Positions 57,751 to 64,000 of a DNA stretch of 64,000 nt are shown here, piece after piece. The DNA is from Clostridia bacterium. GTDB lineage: Bacteria; Bacillota; Clostridia; UBA1212; UBA1255. Where the stretch lies: positions 13,715-77,714 of the forward strand of contig JAGBGO010000010.1 in the NCBI GenBank assembly GCA_017935905.1. The letters are read 5' to 3'. The first letter of the stretch is position 1. Every line of letters begins with the position of its first letter. Under the pieces are notes generated by a model. The model was given only the letters and a program-made list of their open reading frames with translations, was not told the DNA's origin and did no database searches. Position numbers and translations under genes: made by a program.

Positions 57751-58172
57751 TTATGAATGGTCCGAATTTAAATTTATTAGGGACGAGAGCGCCTGAAATA
57801 TACGGAAGCAAGACTTATGCCGATCTTTGTGCCTATATCCGACAAAGGGCGGATTCTTTAGGTGTTTACGTGGACTTCTACCAATCCAATCACGAAGGCG
57901 ATTTGATTGATCGCATTCACAGTGCAATGGGGATTTACGACGGTATTGTTTTTAATGCCGGTGCCTATACACACTATAGTTATGCATTGCACGATGCAAT
58001 TGAAAGCGTTCCTGTGCCTGTCGCGGAAGTTCATATCAGTAACGTGGACGCCAGAGAGGATTTCAGAAAGATTTCCGTGATTCGTCCGTCGTGTGCTTTT
58101 ACGATTTCCGGAAAAGGTTTTGACAGTTATACGGAAGCATTGGCGCGTTTTGTTTCGGAAATGAAGGGATAA
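57738..58172 (+). CDS. aroQ: Type II 3-dehydroquinate dehydratase
   Basis: 144 aa with the N-terminal motif MNGPNLNLLG. Confidence 0.9.
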   Translation: MRFLIMNGPNLNLLGTRAPEIYGSKTYADLCAYIRQRADSLGVYVDFYQSNHEGDLIDRIHSAMGIYDGIVFNAGAYTHYSYALHDAIESVPVPVAEVHISNVDAREDFRKISVIRPSCAFTISGKGFDSYTEALARFVSEMKG

Positions 58173-58184
58173 GAGGGAATATCT

Positions 58185-58685
58185 ATGTTTGAAAATATGA
58201 AACCGTCCATCAAATGCCGAAGTATTTACGATATGGACTTGTCTGAATTAAAGAGTATTGGCATTCGTGGCTTGATTTTTGATATAGACAATACGTTGGA
58301 ACCCTATGCACAGGAGGTTCCCGGCGACAAGTTGTGTCAATGGCTTTCGGAGCTATCCGCAAAAGGGTTTCGTATTGCCATTGTATCTAATGCCAAAGAA
58401 GCGCGTGTGGAACGTTTTTGCGCCGGTTTTCCTAAATCTGCTTTTCCTTTAGAGGTGATTTCCGTTGCACAGGCCGGGAAACCGCTGGAGAAAGGTTTCA
58501 AAGAAGCCTGTTTCCGCATGGGATTGGAACCCGGACAAACCGCAATGATCGGTGATCAGATTTTTACGGATATTTGGGGTGGAAACCGATTTGGTTGTAT
58601 GACAATCTTGGTGAAACCCATCGCACCGGAAAAGGAACCACCATTTGTTCGTTTTAAACGTTTTTTTGAAAAAATTGTACTGTAA
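58185..58685 (+). CDS. YqeG-family HAD-IIIA phosphatase
   Basis: HAD motif DIDNTL. Confidence 0.75.
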   Translation: MFENMKPSIKCRSIYDMDLSELKSIGIRGLIFDIDNTLEPYAQEVPGDKLCQWLSELSAKGFRIAIVSNAKEARVERFCAGFPKSAFPLEVISVAQAGKPLEKGFKEACFRMGLEPGQTAMIGDQIFTDIWGGNRFGCMTILVKPIAPEKEPPFVRFKRFFEKIVL

Positions 58686-58688
58686 ATA

Positions 58689-59765
58689 ATGAATAGCTCA
58701 ATTACTCAATTACAAAATTTAATGCAAACGCAGAATTTGTCCGCTGTTTTTTTTACGGATTCAGCCAACGTATTTTATTTTTCCGGATTCCGAGGTACCG
58801 GTGGCGATGCATCTTTGCTTGTTACCCCGAAATGCGTCTATATTTTCACCGACAGCCGCTACACGCTTCAGGTTGCCGAGCAATGCCCTGGGTGTACCTT
58901 ATTGGGAAAATCTGCCCAAGACATCAAGGCGTTAGGGGTGTTATTACGTGAAATTCAGGCGGAACGTGTAGGCTTTGAAAACCTTACTGTGGGTTATGCC
59001 TTATGGGAGAAACTTCAATCAGACGTTCATTTCGTCACTTGGGTGGGCATTGATAAAATGGCCGTATCCATTCGCAATGTTAAAACGGACGGGGAAATTC
59101 AAAAAATCGAAACCGCATGCAATCTTTGCGTGCAGGCGCTTCGGGAGACGGTTCCGTATATTCGGCCCGGTGTGCGTGAAAATGATCTTGCATCGGAATT
59201 GGAGTACAGGATGCGTAAAATGGGGCTGGAAGGCACCTCGTTTGACACCATCGTGGCATCCGGATACAGAAGTGCATTGCCCCACGGAATCGCCTCGTCT
59301 CGTGTAATTGAGTCCGGAGACGCTGTCACGATTGATTTTGGCGGTGTTTATGATGGTTACGCTTCTGATATGACCCGTACTTTTTTTATGGGGGAACCCA
59401 GTGCTGAACTTGCTCAAATATATCAGGCTGTCTTATGTGCGCAACAAACTGCTTTGGATCAATTTAATGTTGGTATGACCGGTGCGGAATTAGACCGCAT
59501 TGCACGAGATGTACTGTATGCACACGGTTATGGTCCTTATTTCGTACATGCTTTAGGACACGGAGTAGGAATTGAAGTACACGAGGGCGTTACAGTCGGA
59601 CGAAAATCTCAAGACAGTTTGCTTCCCGGTATGGTTTTTAGTATCGAGCCCGGTGTTTACGTGGAGGGACTCGGCGGCGTCAGGATCGAGGACTTGGTGG
59701 TTGTGACGGAAACAGGTCTTCGCGTGCTCACAAAAGACTTTGAGAAAACACTTGCAATTCTATAA
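58689..59765 (+). CDS. M24-family Xaa-Pro aminopeptidase/dipeptidase
   Basis: The pita-bread fold metal-ligand pattern (HGxGHGVG, EPG). Confidence 0.8.
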   Translation: MNSSITQLQNLMQTQNLSAVFFTDSANVFYFSGFRGTGGDASLLVTPKCVYIFTDSRYTLQVAEQCPGCTLLGKSAQDIKALGVLLREIQAERVGFENLTVGYALWEKLQSDVHFVTWVGIDKMAVSIRNVKTDGEIQKIETACNLCVQALRETVPYIRPGVRENDLASELEYRMRKMGLEGTSFDTIVASGYRSALPHGIASSRVIESGDAVTIDFGGVYDGYASDMTRTFFMGEPSAELAQIYQAVLCAQQTALDQFNVGMTGAELDRIARDVLYAHGYGPYFVHALGHGVGIEVHEGVTVGRKSQDSLLPGMVFSIEPGVYVEGLGGVRIEDLVVVTETGLRVLTKDFEKTLAIL

Positions 59766-59780
59766 TACTTATGCTATACT
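59752..59780 (+). promoter_or_regulatory. Promoter (TTGCAA-17-TATACT) for rpsF-ssb-rpsR
   Basis: Overlaps the end of the peptidase gene and is followed by a leader hairpin at 59800-59819. Confidence 0.4.
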
Positions 59781-59849
59781 GCTTGAGTGCTATTCCTTGT
59801 TCTGCATTTCATTGCAGAACCGTTTAGTCCAGAAGGAGGTGAAATTGAA

Positions 59850-60134
59850 ATGAATAAGTATGAAGTAATGTTCATTATCAACCCGGAACTCAATGAGGAG
59901 GACAATAAGGCTGTTGTTGAGAAATTCAAAGCAATGCTGGAAGGTGCCGGAACTGTTGAGACTTTTGCCGAGTGGGGAAAGCGTCGCCTTGCGTATCCGA
60001 TTCAGGATTATACGGAAGGCTATTATGTTGTTTCTGAATTTGAAGCAAATGCAGACTTCCCGGCAGAACTTGACCGTGTGATGAAGATTTCTGATGATAT
60101 TATTCGTCACATGATTACACGTAAGGATGTGTAA
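59850..60134 (+). CDS. rpsF: 30S ribosomal protein S6
   Basis: Start at ATG 59850 with RBS AGGAGGTGA. Full-length S6. Confidence 0.9.
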   Translation: MNKYEVMFIINPELNEEDNKAVVEKFKAMLEGAGTVETFAEWGKRRLAYPIQDYTEGYYVVSEFEANADFPAELDRVMKISDDIIRHMITRKDV

Positions 60135-60196
60135 TCCATTGAGTATGTTTGTATACGCTACGTGAGACGTATCGGGTGATAGTAGGAGGCTATGGC

Positions 60197-60670
60197 ATGA
60201 ACAAAGTAATTCTAATTGGTAGATTAGCAAGAGATCCTGAACTTCGGTATACCGCGGGAAACAACACAGCAGTGTGTCAGATCAGCGTTGCCGTAGATCG
60301 TCGGTTTAAGTCCGAGAACCAGCCCACCGCTGATTTCATCCCGGTTGTGGCTTGGAGACAACAAGCGGAGTTTATCAGCAAATATTTTACCAAAGGCAGC
60401 AGAATCGCCATTGTAGGTTCCATTCAAGTGAGATCTTATGATGACAAAGACGGTCAGAAACGTTTCGTTACTGAAGTCATTGCTGACGAAGTGGAATTTT
60501 GCGAGAGCAAGAGACAGGAAGGTGGATATCAAGGCGGTTTTTCTCAAGCGCCTCAAGCCCCTCAAACTCGTCCGCAGCAAGCCCCTCAGGCAAATACAAG
60601 CACGGGCGGCGATTCATTCGGTGGAGACGGTTATTTCTCCATTGATGATGACGAGAACGTACCGTTCTGA
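60197..60670 (+). CDS. ssb: Single-stranded DNA-binding protein
   Basis: OB fold, a Gly/Gln-rich tail and the C-terminal acidic tip DDDENVPF. Start at ATG 60197. Confidence 0.9.
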   Translation: MNKVILIGRLARDPELRYTAGNNTAVCQISVAVDRRFKSENQPTADFIPVVAWRQQAEFISKYFTKGSRIAIVGSIQVRSYDDKDGQKRFVTEVIADEVEFCESKRQEGGYQGGFSQAPQAPQTRPQQAPQANTSTGGDSFGGDGYFSIDDDENVPF

Positions 60671-60715
60671 TATACGTTGAACGGTTTCAATTGACAAGAA
60701 AGGAGGCAATGTATT

Positions 60716-60991
60716 ATGCCTTATGCAAAGAAAGATCGTGAAGGCTACGACAAGGGTGACTCCAAGAGCGCAAGACCTCGCAGAGCCAGAAAGAAAGTAT
60801 GCCCGTTCTGTGCAGAGAAAGCACAGTCCATTGATTATAAGGACATTGTAAAGCTTAGAAAGTTTGTTTCCGAAAGAGGTAAGATTCTTCCTCGCAGAAT
60901 TTCCGGAAACTGTGCAAAGCATCAGAGAGAGTTGACAATTGCGATTAAGCGCGCAAGACACGTGGCTTTGATGCCGTTCTCCGCTGACTAA
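60716..60991 (+). CDS. rpsR: 30S ribosomal protein S18
   Basis: Full-length S18. Confidence 0.9.
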   Translation: MPYAKKDREGYDKGDSKSARPRRARKKVCPFCAEKAQSIDYKDIVKLRKFVSERGKILPRRISGNCAKHQRELTIAIKRARHVALMPFSAD

Positions 60992-61097
60992 TTTAAGCGG
61001 TAAGCGAAATAGTGCTTTGTAACATGGCGGTGCTGCACAGGTGTGTTGCACCGCTTATGCATAAAATTCATGGATTCAAGAAGGAGTGAGCAACGGT

Positions 61098-63107
61098 TTG
61101 AACAATAAATTTATTCGTAAGATCAATTTATTGACGGTAAACTCAGTGATTTTATTCACTGTTTTGGCTGTCTGCTCCTATTTGATGATTATTTCCGAAA
61201 ATTATGCTGCTGCACTTGTATTGAGCGTGCTTGCGCTCCTGTGTGCGGCTTTGAATATAATCGTACATATTGTTAAACAAAGAGATCGGCTTAAACGAAT
61301 CAAGTTGCTAACGTTCTATGCGGAAGGCAATCTACATCCCGGTCCCGGTGCGATTCCTTTTTTTCGTTTACCTTTAGCTTTTCTTTCTTCCGACGGGAAA
61401 TTCCTTTGGGCCAATGATCTTTTCCGTGCAATTTTTACAGATCAAGCGGGTATGCAGAAACAATTGCGGGAATTGTACGTGGTACATTTGCGGGGTAAAT
61501 TGGAAAATCAGGCCCTGATGTTGGAAACGCCGATTCAATTTGGCGACCGTAATTTTGTTATGATGACCAACGTCGTTCGCTTAGATCAAGAGCATACGGA
61601 GGATAGCTTTGCGATTATGCTGTATTTTTCGGAGAATACAGAACTGATCCAATTGAAGAAAAAATACGACAGCCGGCAGACTGCCGTTGCTGAAATCGCA
61701 GTAGATAGTTACCAAGAAATTTTTCAGTCAAACGGTGAGTCGGTTATCAATGCAATCACTGTTGAACTTTCTAAAATTTTTACCAAATGGCTGGCGGATA
61801 CCAATGCCGTTATTAAGAAATTAGTGCAGGACCGTTATATTCTAATTATGGAGGAAGATGCACTTAATCGGTTGTGCCAAGAGAAATTCAGCGTGTTAAA
61901 CCAAGTTAAGCGCATATCCGTAGGCAATCGAATTCCCGTTACGTTAAGTATCGGTGTAGGTGTACACGGTGATAGCGTACAGGCAAACTATGAAGCCGCT
62001 TCCCAAGCACTGGAGCTTGCGTTAAGCCGTGGCGGTGATCAGGCCGTTGTACGCGACCGAGGGCACGATGATTATTACGGCGGAAGCACTATGGACTTGG
62101 AAAGCTTGTCGAAAGTTAAAGCGCGCATCGTTGCCGACTTATTGAAGAAAGAAATTTTGCGAAGCTCACGGGTACTCATTATGGGCCATCAAATTGGTGA
62201 TATGGACTCCTTCGGTGCTTCTTTGTGTGTGTACCGCGCTTGTTCTTTCTTTGGGATTGAGTCCAAAATCATTTTGAATGAAGGCAATCCTGCGATCAAC
62301 GGTATGCTCCAGCGTCTTCAAGCCCTTCCTGAATACCGCGAATTATTCATTAATACCAGTTACGCACTGAATTTAGTGGATGATGATACCCTTGCGGTAG
62401 TTGTAGATACCAGTCGACAAAGTATGACAGAATGTCCTAAATTGTTGGACTATGCACCGCGCATCGCAGTGGTGGATCACCATAGAAAGTCCTCGGATTA
62501 TCTGAAGGAAACCGTATTGGATTATTCAGAATCCTATGCGTCTTCCACAAGCGAATTATTGGTGGAAGTATTGCAATATATGATTCCTCACGTAGCCGTT
62601 CCTGTGGTGGAAGCAGAAGCCATGTATGCCGGTATGTTGGTTGATACGAAAAATTTTACGTTTAAGACCGGAACCAGAACGTTTGAAGTTGCATCTTATT
62701 TGAAGAAACAAGGCGTAGATACCATTGGTGTGCGTCAGTATTTCCAGCCGGATTTTGATACTTACGCGGAAGTATCGAAAGTAACGGCTACGGTTAAGTT
62801 GGTACAAAACCGTATTGCCATTGCGTACTGTACGAAAGACAGTAAGAACATGAAATTGGTTGCCGCCATGGCAGCAGATCAACTTTTGAATATTGCCGGT
62901 GTTGAGGCGTCTTTTGTTTTGAGTGACAAAGGCGGAGACGTGGCAATCAGCGGAAGATCCTTAGGGGAAATCAATGTTCAAGTTATTTTAGAGAAGATGG
63001 GTGGCGGCGGTCATTTAACTGCTGCAGCCGCAGTTTTGAATAATATTTCATTGGAATTTGCTGAGAAAGAACTGATTAAGTACATTATGGAGTACTTAGA
63101 TAAATAA
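61098..63107 (+). CDS. gdpP: c-di-AMP phosphodiesterase GdpP (TM-PAS-degenerate GGDEF-DHH-DHHA1)
   Basis: Two N-terminal TM segments and a DHH motif (VVDHH). It occupies the conserved position between rpsR and rplI. Start uncertain: TTG 61098, or GTG 61086 as in the track. Confidence 0.8.
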   Translation: MNNKFIRKINLLTVNSVILFTVLAVCSYLMIISENYAAALVLSVLALLCAALNIIVHIVKQRDRLKRIKLLTFYAEGNLHPGPGAIPFFRLPLAFLSSDGKFLWANDLFRAIFTDQAGMQKQLRELYVVHLRGKLENQALMLETPIQFGDRNFVMMTNVVRLDQEHTEDSFAIMLYFSENTELIQLKKKYDSRQTAVAEIAVDSYQEIFQSNGESVINAITVELSKIFTKWLADTNAVIKKLVQDRYILIMEEDALNRLCQEKFSVLNQVKRISVGNRIPVTLSIGVGVHGDSVQANYEAASQALELALSRGGDQAVVRDRGHDDYYGGSTMDLESLSKVKARIVADLLKKEILRSSRVLIMGHQIGDMDSFGASLCVYRACSFFGIESKIILNEGNPAINGMLQRLQALPEYRELFINTSYALNLVDDDTLAVVVDTSRQSMTECPKLLDYAPRIAVVDHHRKSSDYLKETVLDYSESYASSTSELLVEVLQYMIPHVAVPVVEAEAMYAGMLVDTKNFTFKTGTRTFEVASYLKKQGVDTIGVRQYFQPDFDTYAEVSKVTATVKLVQNRIAIAYCTKDSKNMKLVAAMAADQLLNIAGVEASFVLSDKGGDVAISGRSLGEINVQVILEKMGGGGHLTAAAAVLNNISLEFAEKELIKYIMEYLDK

Positions 63108-63121
63108 ATGGAGGTTACTAT

Positions 63122-63568
63122 ATGAAAGTAATTTTACTGAAAGACGTTAAAGACCTTGGTAAGAAGGATCAAATCGTAGAAGTAAGTGATGGCTACGGAA
63201 AGAATTTTTTAGTTCCCAGAGGCATTGCGAAGATTGCAACAACCGGTTCCATCAATGAAGCGATGGATAAACAAAAGGCACAAGAAGCCAAAAAAGCAAG
63301 GGAATTGGCACAAGCAAAAGAATTGGCCCATGATATTTCTACGAAACGCGTTATTTTGAAAGCGAAATTAGGGGACAACGGTAAACTGTTTGGTGCAATT
63401 TCTGCTAAAGATATTGCGGAAGCGATGAAGAAACAGTTTAACATTGATTTAGACAAGAAGAAAATTGAATTGGATGAACCCATTAAATCCCAAGGTGTAT
63501 TTGACGTAACTGCAAAAGTGTATGCCGGTGTTGTCGGTAAGTTTCAGGTAGAGGTTCAAGCGCAATAA
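63122..63568 (+). CDS. rplI: 50S ribosomal protein L9
   Basis: Full-length L9. Confidence 0.9.
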   Translation: MKVILLKDVKDLGKKDQIVEVSDGYGKNFLVPRGIAKIATTGSINEAMDKQKAQEAKKARELAQAKELAHDISTKRVILKAKLGDNGKLFGAISAKDIAEAMKKQFNIDLDKKKIELDEPIKSQGVFDVTAKVYAGVVGKFQVEVQAQ

Positions 63569-63591
63569 GAACAGTAAAGGTGTGAACGATT

Positions 63592-64000
63592 ATGAAGGCA
63601 GGTCTCCCTCCACAAAATATTGAAGCCGAGAGGTCTCTATTAGGTGCCATTTTAACCGATCAAAGCGTTATTTTAGACGTTATGGCTTCTGTAAATGCTG
63701 AGGATTTTTATAGAAAAGATCATCAGTTGATTTTTGAAGCTATGGTAAAGCTTTCCGGTAAGAATCAGCCCATTGATATGATTACCGTTTCGGACTATTT
63801 AACGTCTACCGGTAGTATTTCCGGTGCAGGTGGTGTGGATTACATCGTTTCCCTTACGGAAGACGTTCCGCTGGCTTCAAATGCGGTTCAGTATGCACAA
63901 ATCGTATCCGAAAAGGCGCTGCAACGCCGTTTGATTCAAGCATCTTCTGAAATTGCTAAGATGGCTTATGAACCGGAAGGGGACGTACCCAACGTATTAG
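63592..64000 (+). CDS. dnaB: Replicative DNA helicase (N-terminal fragment; 3' end outside the window)
   Basis: DnaB N-terminal domain (IEAERSLLGAIL) in the conserved position after rplI. Confidence 0.85.
   Translation, partial: MKAGLPPQNIEAERSLLGAILTDQSVILDVMASVNAEDFYRKDHQLIFEAMVKLSGKNQPIDMITVSDYLTSTGSISGAGGVDYIVSLTEDVPLASNAVQYAQIVSEKALQRRLIQASSEIAKMAYEPEGDVPNVL

Noticed and set aside
1-64000. CRISPR arrays, IS elements/transposases, prophage genes
   Set aside because: I scanned for regularly spaced direct repeats of 24 nt or more and for transposase/integrase-like ORFs on both strands and found none. The only repeat-rich regions are the short-motif hairpin arrays at 24593-24790 and 25320-25500, whose 7-nt units are too short for CRISPR.

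Overview
This looks like a chromosomal segment from a spore-forming Firmicute (class Clostridia), about 48% GC, with every supportable gene on the + strand. The ribosomal/replication genes at the 3' end (rpsF-ssb-rpsR-gdpP-rplI-dnaB) suggest an origin-proximal leading-strand region. Most of the window is housekeeping: comEC (3' end), holA, rsmE, clpC, radA, RNase G, a ParE/ParC-like type IIA topoisomerase pair, xpt, a BMP/PnrA-type nucleoside ABC transporter, glpK, efp, the complete spoIIIAA-AH sporulation operon, a TPP riboswitch in front of a probable thiamine transporter, tRNA-Leu(UAA) and tRNA-Pro(GGG), RNA-modification enzymes, a Bacillus-like nusB-xseA-xseB-ispA-dxs-tlyA block, a four-subunit 2-oxoacid:ferredoxin oxidoreductase, and aroB-aroK-aroQ.

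The standout is a translationally coupled eight-gene operon at 39326-46740, with a Pro/Thr-rich lipoprotein encoded just upstream. It combines RiPP-like peptide-modification parts (HprK-related kinase, PqqD-family recognition/chaperone protein, ER-type SipW/Sec11-like signal peptidase, PF14907-type nucleotidyltransferase) with a Dlt-like but DltA-less acyl-transfer module (MBOAT, DHHW/SGNH partner, FkbH-like HAD phosphatase with a GNAT fold, acyl carrier protein). I interpret this as a candidate undescribed envelope peptide/protein-modification system, inserted in a variable slot of a deeply conserved synteny block.

Secondary curiosities are an AT-rich islet next to tRNA-Leu with two hairpin-array intergenic regions and two small membrane proteins sharing a duplicated promoter/5'UTR, and an extremely acidic Cys-rich zinc-ribbon protein after efp.
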